Source: Macrostomum hystrix
Lineage: Eukaryota; Animalia; Platyhelminthes
Direction: 5' to 3'
Assembly: GCA_950097015.1 (NCBI GenBank)
Contig: CATNEN010000002.1
Location: 8,122,001-8,186,000, forward strand
Length of the DNA stretch: 64,000 nt
The notes under the pieces were generated by a model that was not told where the DNA came from, made no database searches, and worked only from the letters and a program-made list of their open reading frames with translations. The number at the start of each line of letters is the position of its first letter. Position 1 is the first letter of the stretch. Of the stretch, positions 23,954 to 36,134 are shown one piece after another. Position numbers and translations under genes: made by a program.

Positions 23954-24670
23954 ATGAAGGTAGAGGAACTCGTTCAGCGGGGCCCGGAAGGCATGGCCGT
24001 TATTGAGCCGGCACCTGTCGGGGCCAATTTCGTTTGCCCAGGTGGCAAATTTGCCATCTGGGTTAACATGGAAGGCAGACCCGCACAGGTGCGGGATAGG
24101 CTGTGCCCATGCCTTCTGGGCGCGGGTGGTCCGGCGGCCGGCAAGAGGCACGCCCCGCAAACATACCAATACTCTGGCGGGAACGCCGTAAGTACTCATC
24201 CTATGTTAATATTTTCCTTCCCTACCACTTGCTCTCGCTCTCTCGCTCTCTCGCTCTCTCGCTCTCGCTTTCGCTCTCGCTTTCGCTCTCGCTCCCGCTC
24301 TCCCTCTCTCGCTCTCTCGCTCTATGTCGCTCTCGCTCTCTTGCTGACCTGAGAGCTGTATCCCACCCATTCCATTTTAATCCAGAGGATGTACTGGCGC
24401 GTGGGTGCCCACTGCATTCTGTGGACCCACGGGGTGGAACTGCGTGGGAGCGACCTTCGCAATCTGCGTGCAATCGTGCAGGGGTCGGTCGCCCCGCAGC
24501 TGGACCGGCGTGAGGCAGCGCAACAGCATCAGGCGGCAGCGGTCGCCGACGTGCTGGGTGAGGCGCAGCAGCGTCGGGCGGCAGCGGTCGTCGACCGCCT
24601 GGATCGAGCGCAGCTGCGAATAGTGCTGCGGAGTTTGGTAGCAGTGCCACCAGTTGTAAGTGATGAGTAA
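23954..24670 (+). CDS. Candidate two-exon orphan gene (~172 aa); exons 23954-24187, 24386-24670
   Basis: GC-rich; ATG 23954, donor GCC|GTAAGT, pyrimidine-rich intron, acceptor CCAG| in phase 0, open to a stop at 24670. No family recognised. Confidence 0.4.
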
Positions 24671-24879
24671 CTGAAATTGCCGTGTAACTTCTAGTGAACG
24701 TCGTAAATGGCAATTAGTAATCACTAGCAGAAATGAACGCCTTGAATTGTCTAATCCATGGAAATTCCATCCAAAGAATTTCATCTGTAAAATCGATATA
24801 ATGATCCCCAATATTTTATTTTTCATTCGTTCAGTATATACTTATTAGCAGCTGTATTTTCAGATTTTCAAAAGCTACA

Positions 24880-25200
24880 ATGATCCCCATGCAGTACTTG
24901 ACAATGATCCCCCAGTTGACAATGATCCTCCAGTTGACCATGATCCCCCATTGGATGATAATCCCCATTGATGATGATCCTCAGTTGACAATGATCACCC
25001 AGCTGACAATGATCCCCCAGTTGACCATGATCCCAAATTTGATGATAATCCCCATTGATGATTGATGATGATCCCCAGTTGACAATGATCACCCAGTTGA
25101 CAATGGTAACTCAGCTGACAATGATATTCCAGTTGACCATGATCCCTCATTTGATGATTAATCCCCATTGATGATGATCCTCAGTTGACAATGTTCGCCA
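24880..25200. repeat. Imperfect ~21-bp minisatellite (GATCCCCAGTTGACAAT-type)
   Basis: Tandem degenerate copies. Confidence 0.85.
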
Positions 25201-25339
25201 GTTGAATTTTTATATTAGCTGCTTTTGTAGAAAATTGAAAAGAACAACATTAAATGAATTAAATGAATATCATTATGACGTTATAAGATAACAAAATCAA
25301 AATATAGAGAATTTGATTCAATGACAAAAGAAAAATTAT

Positions 25340-26220
25340 GCCATGATTCAAACTCTGGTTTAGCCATGATTCAAACTCTGGTTTTGCCATGATTCAGACT
25401 CTAGTTTTGCCATGATTCAAACTCTGGTTTAGCCATGATTCAAACTCTGGTTTTGCCATGATTCAGACTCTAGTTTTGCCATGATTCAAACTCTGGTTTA
25501 GCCATGATTCAAACTCTGGTTTTGCCATGATTCAGACTCTGGTTTAGCCATGATTCAAACTCTGGTTTAGCCATGATTCAAACTCTGGTTTTGCCATGAT
25601 TCAGACTCTGGTTTAGCCATGATTCAAACTCTGGCTTTGCCATGACTTAGACTCTAGTTTTGCCATGATTCAAACTCTGGCTTTGCCATGATTCAGACTC
25701 TAGTTTAGCCATGATTCAAACTCTGGTTTAGCCATGATTCAAACTCTGGCTTTGCCATGATTCAGACTCTAGTTTTGCCATGATTCAAACTCTGGTTTAG
25801 CCATGATTCAAACTCTGGTTTTGCCATGATTCAGACTCTGGTTTAGCCATGATTCAAACTCTGGTTTAGCCATGATTCAAACTCTGGTTTTGCCATGATT
25901 CAGACTCTAGTTTTGCCATGATTCAAACTCTGGTTTAGCCATGATTCAAACTCTGGTTTTGCCATGATTCAGACTCTGGTTTAGCCATGATTCAAACTCT
26001 GGCTTTGCCATGACTCAGACTCTAGTTTTGCCATGATTCAAACTCTGGCTTTGCCATGATTCAGACTCTAGTTTAGCCATGATTCAAACTCTGGTTTAGC
26101 CATGATTCAAACTCTGGCTTTGCCATGATTCAGACTCTAGTTTAGCCATCATTCAAACTCTGGTTTAGCCATGATTGAAACGCTGGTTTTGCCATGATTC
26201 AAACTCTGGTTTTGCAATGA
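25340..26220. repeat. 23-bp satellite (GCCATGATTCAAACTCTGGTTTA)n
   Basis: Tandem array. Confidence 0.96.
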
Positions 26221-26715
26221 TCTGCGTCTTCACTTTCTAGACACATTTAGCTGACTACCAACACTACTACTATCCTTGTCTTAGCTTCAGCTCAAACTAC
26301 TCAAGCATTTCCGCTCGCTTTGTACATATGCGCCCACATTTAATTAGCAAAACACAATAAAACATTCTACTGTGTTTCCTGTGTTTTCTGCGTCTTTACT
26401 TTCTAGATTCAAACTGTGGTTTTGCCACAATTTGAAAAATGGGTAAAAGTTAAAAAATATTTAATTTTTTAGCTCAAGCACTGGTGAACGTAGTCGCTGC
26501 TGTCGACGCCGCGACCGCCGGCGCCGTAGCAGCAGCAGCAACAACAGCAGCAGCAACAGCAGCAGCAGCAGCAGAGGAGGAAGAGCCGCCATCGCCGGTC
26601 TTCCGGAGGCAGCGGTGGAGTTGTCAGTAACTTTAACTGTATTTTGCTCGCATTTGGCGAGATTCATTCGCTTTGTGATTGTCTTACTATACCGGATGGG
26701 GCTTAGTTATACCAG

Positions 26716-27555
26716 GTGGACGGGAATCCTACCTACCTAAAATCCACCCACAAAAAATCTCACCTAGCTGATTCCTCGGTACTCCTTGCGGCTGGCACCG
26801 CAGCCGACACCGCGGCCGACACCGCCGCCGACACCGCGGCCGACACCGCAGCCGACACCGCGGCCGACACCGCAGCCGACACCGCGGCCGACACCGCAGC
26901 CTCCGTCGCTGCTACCGCGGGGCCGCCGTTTGCGGCGTCAACGCCCCTGTCGGCGCGGCGGACGCATACGCCGCCGCCGCCGCCGCCGACACAGCCGCCG
27001 CCCCCGCCGTTGACACCGCCGCCGCCGCATCCGCCGACACCCCCGCCGCCGCCGCCGCCGACACAGCCGCCGCCCCCGCCGTTGACACCGCCGCCGCCAC
27101 ATCCGCCGACACCCCCGCCGCCGCCGCCGCCGACACAGCCGCCGCCCCCGCCGTTGACACCGCCGCCGCCGCATCCGCCGACACCCCCGCCGCCGCCGCC
27201 GCCGACACAGCCGCCGCCCCCGCCGTTGACACCGCCGCCGCCACATCCGCCGACACCCCCGCCGCCGCCGCCGCCGACACAGCCGCCGCCCCCGCCGTTG
27301 ACACCGCCGCCGCCGCATCCGCCGACACCCCCGCCGCCGCCGCCGCCGACACAGCCGCCGCCCCTGCCGTTGACACCGCCGCCGCCACATCCGCCGACAC
27401 CCCCGCCGCCGCCGCCGCTGACAAAAAAGCAGAAGCGGAATCTTCAAACGCTGCCGGCGAGGGATGCCCTGGCTGCCAAGCGGAAGGTAAACCCGCAACT
27501 TAACTACGCGCTTTGTAGCTACGAGTTGTTTTCTGGCATTCTCGCAGGTCTCTGA
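26716..27555 (+). other. GC-rich low-complexity ORF built from 12-bp (ADTA) and 72-bp poly-Pro repeats; coding status unclear
   Basis: Open in several frames because of CCG repeats; possible donor near 27486. Confidence 0.3.
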
Positions 27556-27966
27556 GGGGCAACGCGTGCCTCGCGGAAAGTTCATACTTGTCAGGCTCTC
27601 CGATTGGCTCAGGTTACCGGACATTTGAAAAAAACGCAAAATGCAAACCCATTGGTCGTTATGAGTGATTCAACCCGGCACCTGGAAACTGACATATTCA
27701 GTTTGTATTTCAACTATCACTTTTTATGAGCCAAACAAACCCCAAAAGCGGACTCCCAATTAGCAAGACATCAGCTTTAGCTTATAGCAATTATAATGTA
27801 ATCATACATTATGTTACAGAATGTAATCTTTTAGTAAACCAACATTTCAGAAGTAACAACAAGTGGACAGCAGTGGTCAACAAGTGCAACACACAAGTGC
27901 ACAGCTGGATAAGTCCACTCATTTTGTTCATTTTATTTTTTTAAGAAAAAACACATAAAAACACTT

Positions 27967-28660
27967 TAGTGGCGTAGCCAGAAAAAAATACAGGAGGGGG
28001 CCTAAGGCCGACGGGTTTTTAGTTCAGGCGGGGGTCTCTCTCTTCTCTCTTTCTCTCTCTCTGCACTCTCCATTCTCTCTCTCCATTATCTCTCCATCTT
28101 CTGTCTCCATTCTCTCTCTGCACTCTCAAAATTCTCTCTCTGCACTCTCTGTCTCCATTCTTTCTCTCCATTCTCTCTCTGCACTCTCTCTCCATTCTCT
28201 CTCTGCACTCTCTCTCCATTCTCTCCCTGCACGCTCTCTCCATTCTCACTATCCATTCTCTCTCTGCACTCTCTGTCTCCATTCTCTCTCTCCATTCACT
28301 CTCTGCACTCTCTCTCCATTCTCTCTCTGCACTCTCTCTCCATTCTCTCTCTGCACTCTCTCTCCATTCTCTCTCTGCACTCTCTCTCCATTCTTTCCCT
28401 GCACGCTCTCTCCATTCTCTCTCTCCATTCACTCTCTGCACTCTCTCTCCATTCTCTCTCTGCACTCTCTCTCCATTCTCACTCTCCATTCTCTCTCTGC
28501 ACTCTCTCTCCATTCTCTGTCTCCATTCTCTCTCCAAGTCTCACTCTCCATCCTCTCTCTCCTCTCTCCTCTCTCCTCCCTCCTCTCTACTCTCTTTCCT
28601 ACGCCTGGACTAAAAAGCCTGAACTTAGGCCCCTAACTGCCCCCCATGGCTACGTCAGGG
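27967..28660. mobile_element. Non-autonomous DNA transposon (MITE-like) with internal CT microsatellite
   Basis: Imperfect TIRs TGGCGTAGCCA / TGGCTACGTCA and subterminal GGGGCCTAAG / CTTAGGCCCC; no clear TSD. Confidence 0.6.
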
Positions 28661-28977
28661 GATTTAATTTTTATACTCATTTAATACTTTATTTTATGGG
28701 TTATACAAATTTATAAAAACTTGATACAAATTTTATACAATTTTATACAAACTTTTACAATTTTATACAAACTTATACAATATTATACAAAATATTTATG
28801 TTTTTAGGGGGGGGTTCGTTGGAGCATTGTCAGTGTCGTGCTTGCAAAAAGCATGTACGCATGTACCTAGACACTGCTTGTGTTCTAGCGGACACCCTTG
28901 CCCCGTTGCTCGTCATTCCCTACGTTTATTCCCTGCCCTTCCCGAGGCAATTGACATTTTTAGCCATCATGAACTGT

Positions 28978-29570
28978 GAAGTTTGTTTTTTTAACTTGCC
29001 AAATCTGTCAGGTCATGTTTCAGGATCCTGGACACCGCGTGGATGCCTGGCCAGAGAAAAGTAAAAGTTGCGTGGCGTTTTTCTCAAGTCGATCGAGGAC
29101 TGAAAGAGCTTTCTTTGACACCAAGTGCAGCTCGATTGACCCATCAGAAATGCCCCGATCGGCCCCGATAGTGAAGCTAATCGAGTATTGGCATCGAATT
29201 TCGGCTATAAATCAATCAGACGACTTGAAGTCCAAGCAACTAGACGCGTCCATCGAGTGGATTCCTGCATCAAACAGTAGGAGTCCAGTTTTCCGAATTT
29301 TGCCCGTAACTTTTTTCGGCGACCTCCCCCAGTCTTCGGAGTAGCGTCAATCAACTCGGCGCAACGAGTTGCTCTTAGACAAGTTAGGTTGCCGCTCAGA
29401 GCCCAAGTTGGCACCCAATAGACAATCTCGGGGGACTCAACCGGAATCTATAGAGCATCTCCAGGCCTTTCGAACGACACCAAAATCAGTTGCCGGGGAC
29501 CTCGGGAACTGTCTCGAATCGGCCCGAGGAGGCTGTAGGAAGCATTGACTTTCTGTAAAGTCAAAGACAT
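28978..29570 (+). repeat. ~600-bp segment directly duplicated at ~60477-61082, ending in a 385-bp-family fragment
   Basis: Near-identical sequence; yields the same spurious ORFs at both sites. Confidence 0.9.
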
Positions 29571-29589
29571 TGACCCATTGCAATGTCAA

Positions 29590-31990
29590 AGTCACTGTTC
29601 TGGCATGTGTTGGCATGTGTGTCTATTTGGCACTGTTCTGGCATGTGTTGGCATGTGTGTCTATTTGGCACTGTTCTGGCATGTGTTGGCATGTGTGTCA
29701 ATTCTGGCATGTTCTGGCATGTGTTTGGCATTGTTCTGGCATGTGTTGGCATGTGTGTCTATTTGGCACAGTTCTGGCATGTGTTGGCATGTGTGTCTAT
29801 TCTGGCATGTTCTGGCATGTGTTTGACATTGTTCTGGCATGTGTCTGGCATGTTCTGGCATGTGTCTGGCATGTGTGTCTATTCTGGCATGTGTCTGGCA
29901 TGTGTGTCTATTCTGGCATGTTCTGGCATGTGTTTGGCATGGTTCTGGCATGTGTCTGGCATGTGTGTCTATACTGGCATGGTCTGGCATGTGTCTGGCA
30001 TATTCTGGCATGTGTCTGGCATGTGTGTCTATTTGGCATTGTTCTGGCATGTGTCCTGGATGTGTTTGGCATGTGTCTGGCATTTATCTGGCATGTATCT
30101 GGCATGTGTCTAGCATGTCTGGAATGTGTCTGGCATGTGTTTGGCATGTGTCTGGCATGTGTGTCTATTTGGCACTGTTCTGGCATGTGTCTGGCATGTG
30201 TGTCTATTCTGGCAAGTTCTGGCATGTGTTTGGCATGAGTTTGGCATGTGTCAGGCACGCCAGTGGGGTCAATTGTTACCGCCAGTGGGGCCAATTGTTA
30301 CCGCCAGTGGGGTCAATTGATACCGCCAGTGGGGCCAATTGTAAGCGCCAGTGGGGCCAGTTGTAAGCGCCAATGGGGTCAATTGTAAGCGCCAGTGGGG
30401 CCAATTGTAAGCGCCAATGGGGTCAATTGTAAGCGCCAGTGGGGTCAATTGTTACCGCCAGTGGGGTCAATTGTTACCGCCAGTGGGGTCAATTGTAAGC
30501 GCCAGGTGGGCCAATTGTTACCGCCAGTGGGGCCAATTGTAAGCGCCAGTGGGGCCAATTGTTACCGCCAGGTGGGCCAATTGTTACCGCCAGTGGGGCC
30601 AATTGTAAGCGCCAGTGGGGTCAATTGTTACCGCCAGTGGGGCCAATTGTTACCGCCAGTGGGGCCAATTGTAAGCGCCAGTGGGGTCAATTGTAAGCGC
30701 CAGTGGGGCCAATTGTAAGCGCCAGTGGGGTCAATTGTTACCGCCAGTGGGGCCAATTGTAAGCGCCAGTGGGGTCAATTGTAAGCGCCAGTGGGGTCAA
30801 TTGTAAGCGCCAGTGGGGTCAATTGTAAGCGCCAGTGGGGTCAATTGTAAGCGCCAGTGGGGTCAATTGTAAGCGCCAGTGGGGCCAATTGTAAGCGCCA
30901 GTGGGGTCAATTGTTACCGCCAGTGGGGCCAATTGTAAGCGCCAGTGGGGTCAATTGTTACCGCCAGTGGGGCCAATTGTTACCGCCAGTGGGGTCAATT
31001 GTAAGCGCCAGTGGGGTCAATTGTAAGCGCCAGTGAGGCCAATTGTAAGCGCCAGTGGGGTCAATTGTTACCGCCAGTGGGGCCAATTGTAAGCGCCAGT
31101 GGGGCCAATTGTTACCGCCAGTGGGGCCAATTGTTACCGCCAGTGGGGCCAATTGTTACCGCCAGTGGGGCCAATTGTAAGCGCCAGTGGGGTCAATTGT
31201 AAGCGCCAGTGGGGTCAATTGTAAGCGCCAGTGGGGTCAATTGTAAGCGCCAGTGGGGTCAATTGTAAGCGCCAGTGGGGTCAATTGTAAGCGCCAGTGG
31301 GGCCAATTGTAAGCGCCAGTGGGGTCAATTGTTACCGCCAGTGGGGCCAATTGTAAGCGCCAGTGGGGTCAATTGTTACCGCCAGTGGGGCCAATTGTTA
31401 CCGCCAGTGGGGTCAATTGTTACCGCCAGTGGGGCCAATTGTAAGCGCCAGTGGGGCCAATTGTTACCGCCAGTGGGGTCAATTGTTACCGCAAGTGGGG
31501 TCATTTGTAACCGCTAGTGAGGACGGCCAATTGTAAGCGCCAGTGGGGCCAAATAGATGTGTGTCTATTTGGCACTGTTCTGGAATGTGTTGGCATGTGT
31601 GTCTATTCTGGCATGTTCTGGCATGTGTTTGGCATGTGTCTGGCATGTATCTGGCATGTGTCTGGCATGTGTCTGGCATGTGTCTGGCATGTGTCTGGCA
31701 TGTCTGGAATGTGTCTGGCATGTGTGTCTTTTTGGCACTGCTCTGGCATGTTTCTGGCATGTGTGTCTATTCTGGCATGTTCTGGCATGTGTTTGGCATT
31801 GTTCTGGCATGTGTCTGGCATGTCTGGCATGTGTTTGGCATGTGTCTATTTGGCACTATTCTGGCATGTGTTTGGCATGTGTGTCTATTTGGCACTGTTC
31901 TGGCATGTGTTTGGCATGTGTGTCTATTTGGCACTGTTCTGGCATGTGTTTGGCATGTGTGTCTATTTGGCACTGTTTTGGCATGCACCT
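29590..31990. repeat. TGGCATGTG-type minisatellite interrupted by a 22-bp satellite (GCCAGTGGGGTCAATTGTTACC)n at ~30260-31550
   Basis: Nested tandem arrays; explain all ORFs at 29545-32078. Confidence 0.95.
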
Positions 31991-32073
31991 GACATTATTC
32001 TATTTGACATGTGTGGCATGGCTATGGCTTCAGAGTGCTAGTGTTTACATCATCTGTCTCTGTTCTCTTGCAG

Positions 32074-33081
32074 TCTAGCATTGGCAAGTTGCTTCAGTCC
32101 CAGTCGGATGGTGCGCTTTCTCCCTCTGGGACACTTCCTCGCTGCCCTGATCGGTCCATTGCTCTAGTTCTTTCGGCATCGCATGATGTTTCACTTCTTG
32201 ATGCCTGCAGTCGTCTTTGCAATTGTACTCGTCGACTGGAATATTCTGACATTCGCGTTCACACACTGGATGGCTATCGGCGTTGTGGTCGAGGAAAAGT
32301 AGCCGTGTTCCAATCTATCTCGGAGCCAGGAAAGTTTCTGTTTCTGCATGATGTTCGTGGTAGCAGTGTTAAGGGTGTTCACCGTCAAAATGCCAGCGAA
32401 TGGTTGAAACAAGACCGAATGTACTGCAAGTTACCTGAACGCCATCAAAAGGCAAGTCCGAAAGAGAGGCTGCAACGCAGACGTCTGCTTAGAAATCTTC
32501 AGCATCTCTGTCAACATGGCGATGCAAACTGCATTAATATTTTGTCTGCCGTTGCAAGTTCTCTCTGTTGCATGCAGAGACGTAGACGAGGCAGGGTTTT
32601 CGCTAAAAGTCGCCGAGTGAAGGTACCCGCCGATCCACGCAATCGGGAGGAGTCCTCCACTTCTGACGATCAGCAGCCGGCCGCTGCTGGCAGTCCGCCG
32701 ACCGCTACTGCTAATATGCCAGCCGCTGCTGGCAGTCCGCCGACCGCTGCTGCTAATATGCCGGCCGCTGCTGGCAGTCCGCCGACCGCTGCTGCTAATA
32801 TGCCGGCCGCTGCTGGCAGTCCGCCGACCGCTGCTGCTAATATGCCGGCCGCTGCTGGCAGTCCGCCGACCGCTGCTGCTAATATGCCAGCCGCTGCTGG
32901 CAGTCCGCCGACCGCTGCTGCTAATATGCCGGCCGCTGCTGGCAGTCCGACCGCCGGCGCTAGCGGTCGCGATCAGCATTCGGGGCGGCGACTGGAGATA
33001 CGTGCGTCGCTAAAGCGCCAGTGCACTTCAGTACCTGACGTTCAGAGGCAGTTACGGCAGAGAAACAAGAAACATTTTTAG
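32074..33081 (+). CDS. Exon-like ORF, possibly the degenerate NTPase exon of the second NTPase-nuclease paralog
   Basis: Phase-0 acceptor CTTGCAG| at 32073; SISEPGKFLFLHDV resembles SMLEP..GFVLLHDA; 42-bp AAAGSPPTAAANMP repeat; no intact Walker A. Confidence 0.4.
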   Translation, partial: SSIGKLLQSQSDGALSPSGTLPRCPDRSIALVLSASHDVSLLDACSRLCNCTRRLEYSDIRVHTLDGYRRCGRGKVAVFQSISEPGKFLFLHDVRGSSVKGVHRQNASEWLKQDRMYCKLPERHQKASPKERLQRRRLLRNLQHLCQHGDANCINILSAVASSLCCMQRRRRGRVFAKSRRVKVPADPRNREESSTSDDQQPAAAGSPPTATANMPAAAGSPPTAAANMPAAAGSPPTAAANMPAAAGSPPTAAANMPAAAGSPPTAAANMPAAAGSPPTAAANMPAAAGSPTAGASGRDQHSGRRLEIRASLKRQCTSVPDVQRQLRQRNKKHF

Positions 33082-33105
33082 ACCGTCTAATGCAGTTTCA
33101 TTGCC

Positions 33106-33422
33106 TACAGAGGTTGTAGCCTAGAGGTTAGGGCGTCGGACTCACGACTTGAAGGTCGGGGGTTCGATTCCCGACTCCACTGGAACAATTTGTGTCCTTT
33201 AGCAAGACACTTAACTCTGCATTGCTTCAGTTCACCCAGCTGTTAAAAATGGGTACCAGCATCAGCTGGGATAATTGAAGGTGGGTGTGGCGTCCCCCCA
33301 GTCCATGGACTGAACAGCTGTACGCAGTCTTCAGATGTGCCGCGCATTAGCTGCGGCTGTGCTGTCGGCTGCACATCTGACCCAATTGGGGCAGGTGTAA
33401 TCAATTATTATTATTATTATTA
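33106..33422 (+). mobile_element. tRNA-derived CORE-type SINE
   Basis: A box TAGCCTAGAGG, B box GGTTCGATTCC (33161-33171), MIR/CORE-like TGTGTCCTTTAGCAAGACACTTAACTC..CTGTTAAAAATGGG, (ATT)n tail, 9-bp TSD TTCATTGCC (33097-33105 / 33423-33431). Confidence 0.85.
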
Positions 33423-34333
33423 TTCATTGCCAAGTGTAGTTGCACTGCATTTTTATGCAAGAACAAGATGCCTTGGCCGTTCGCTTGATTCTCACAATTG
33501 AATTTAAATTTACGATTTAGATATTCATAAAGTATATACATATAGGATGTTGCCCGCCTTTAAATCAAGCTGTACTATTTGCGAGCTAGGAAGCTTCTCA
33601 GAGGCTTGCTTCGATCTTTCGATCGATCGATTTCGGAGTTCGGGTCTTTAAATAAAATTGTCCCCTATTTCAGGCCTCCCAACTTACGTATATATTACAT
33701 TTCTAACGCATTTGCTTTCGCGCCATGCTATTATTTCTGAGTCCTGAGTATGGCGGGTCCGGACACAGCGATTAGGCGAGCGTCGCCCATTTTGCTATTG
33801 CAGTAATCCACCTTTCAGTAAATTTTAGACTTAAAGAAGACTTGAGACTTACTACTTTTTGACTGCAGAACTTCACATTTTAGGCATAAAAATGAGAAAA
33901 ACTTCTAGGCTAGTTACATTACTTTATTTATCTATCGAACTTAATCCAACAAAATAATACTCAGGTGCTAATCAAGCATACAGCGAGCTGCTCTTTGAAA
34001 AACTGTTGGCATTTCATTCTCACTTCTCAGTCAATCTAAGACAAATAACTGTCTAATAATCATATTCAGAGTATAGAAATTCTCCTTATGGCTACGAGCA
34101 TAAAAACTCGGCGCAAAACAGCTCACAAACAAATCGTCTACAACAATTAGTGACTCAATGGAGCCGATTGTTTTCCCTGGGCAGTGAAGAAAATGCATAT
34201 ACATGTAAGAAACATTAAAAAGAAAAAGGATTGGCAAGTTTAGGAATTTTTTCTGCACACAGCAGTGGACAATGGACAGTGGACAGCAAGTAAATAGCAA
34301 GTCTAAGAAACAAAAAATGCTAAAAAAAAGGCG

Positions 34334-36134
34334 TTGAGCTTTAAGATTAAAGATCAAGTCGTTAGTATCCCTCGTGCTACAGACATCATCGCAAGTCGGG
34401 AGACAGCCTTCTATCGCCTTCACCCTGCAGCACTTTCTGTGGGTGGAGGGAAGTGTTTCCACGAGCACGTCTTCACAACAATCACGAAGTATCTGAAGTT
34501 GAGAGGGTGCAATGATTCGAGAGCCCAACTTGTGGCAGTACGCGTTCTGGGGATTGTGTTAACTGCAGCGGAATATTCCATGAGACAATTTCAAGTTATC
34601 ATGTTATGCTTAAAAAAAAGTCCAGACCTGAGAGATTCACTGGACGATAGCCAAATTGAGACTAGTCTGGTTAACGCCTGTTGCCTGTCTGGGTTGTCAT
34701 CGAAGGAGTCGGCGCGCCTTGATGCCGTATTTGCAAGCTGCCAATCTGATGAGGAGAAAACTGAACTACGGCTCAAGATGATCCTGGCGTCGCTGTCCGA
34801 CGTGCCCGTCTCCTTGGCGTCGCATGTGACCAGGGACACCGTTAACTACTCAGTCATTCAAATTGTGTTCATGCCGAAGCTGGAGAGCACTGGCGGCTTC
34901 CCCATTCATGTGAAGGTACGCATGCAGATCCGCCTCTTGCGTCGCATGCTCTATGACGTGCTCAAGCCGCTGGAAGGGAAAGACAACTATCTGGCTCTGA
35001 AAGACTGTGTAGATGCGCTGCTGGAGGCCAGACTTCCCACCCACGTGGCAGCGTTGAATGCTGGCACAGCTGTTTACTTCGGCTGCAAGTTCGAGCTGTG
35101 CGTCTTTTCCAGAATGTTTCTGCTGCTGTACTGCTGCCGTGGAGCGTTTCTCAGCGGCTTTCCAGAGGACTGCTTTGGCATCGTAGAGCTGCTCCTACTT
35201 GGCGAGCCAATTGCAGGCGTCACACATGGACTTAAGGACAATCTTCCTGGACTGGATTTCCCAGCTAACCTGCACTTCACGGAATTGAAGTGGTGCACTT
35301 CTAAATGCCGCGGAACTCTGTTGTGCAGCGAGCTGGCAACTTTCGTGACGTCAGAGCACGGCAAAAAGCCGGGTGTTCGATTTTTCATCGCGCACACTCC
35401 GCATGTTGATTCCATTGACATAGTTGTGGCCGGTGCTGTCACCCGCCAGCTCGTGGACGAGAAAGTGGAGCAGCAAGTAACAGTTTGGCTAATTGAGTGT
35501 AAGTTGCTTCTCTTCATTGCCCTATGATTTCCATCGCATCCAACCCATTGAGAATCGCCTCCAACTCTCATTAGGAATCGCCCACATAAGAATATTTTTT
35601 ACTTAAGTGGCATATCTGCATCTACGCAGAAAGGCTACTCAGTTTCCACAACGGGTAAGCAAATCGTCATTTGCAGGCAAATCATCGACGGCATCCCGGA
35701 CACCGTTCACGTACACTGACGTTTTTTGCCTTCTGGAGAAGGGCAAGAATGTGTTCGACTCGTTGAAACGTGCCGCGACGGTCGAAGATGCCCCAGAGCC
35801 GTACATATAATACAGCATTCAGCTGCTAAATCGGCCTTGCATCTTTCCTGTACCTGAACGTACAAACGTGCCGCGGGACGCCAAGCTGCCCGAATGTCCG
35901 CCGACGATCCGCACGGTGCGCTGCATGCAGCACCGAGTGTCGGTTGATTCGGCAATTTTTTTGCCTGGCCTGGCGGCGTCCCTCAGTCCGAATATCTATC
36001 TGCCTTACGACTGCAAACCATGCGAGCAACTGAGGACCAGACTGATGACGGTCTATAACGCTGACATGGATGCATCTGATGCAGCTGGGGATGCACCAAG
36101 ACTCATTCGGACTTTTTCTTTTTTGAATTTCTGA
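34334..36134 (+). pseudogene. Divergent paralog of exons 2-3 of the NTPase-nuclease gene, with an in-frame TAA at 35808-35810; exons ~34334-35498, 35677-36134
   Basis: Shared blocks SDVPVSL..H.TRD, FG..FE, CFG..LL.LG, WLIECKSS, LL.KG, YSIQLLNR, FLPG.A; identical phase-1 intron inside the Cys codon of ECK. Confidence 0.75.

Noticed and set aside
25340-26220. Regular short repeats resembling a CRISPR array
   Set aside because: Head-to-tail units with no unique spacers, no cas genes, and a eukaryotic context. The same applies to all other arrays in the window.
28019-28537. ERMERECR repeat protein
   Set aside because: CT microsatellite inside a MITE.
29545-32078. Cys/Trp/His-rich ORFs (ACVWHVSGM.., HARHMP..)
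   Set aside because: Translations of satellites.
33112-33185. tRNA gene
   Set aside because: Poor anticodon and acceptor stems; it continues into a CORE block, tail and TSD, so it is a SINE head.
35808-35810. TAA recoding or an alternative genetic code
   Set aside because: Other genes in the window end normally at TAA; a single nonsense change or a base error is simpler.
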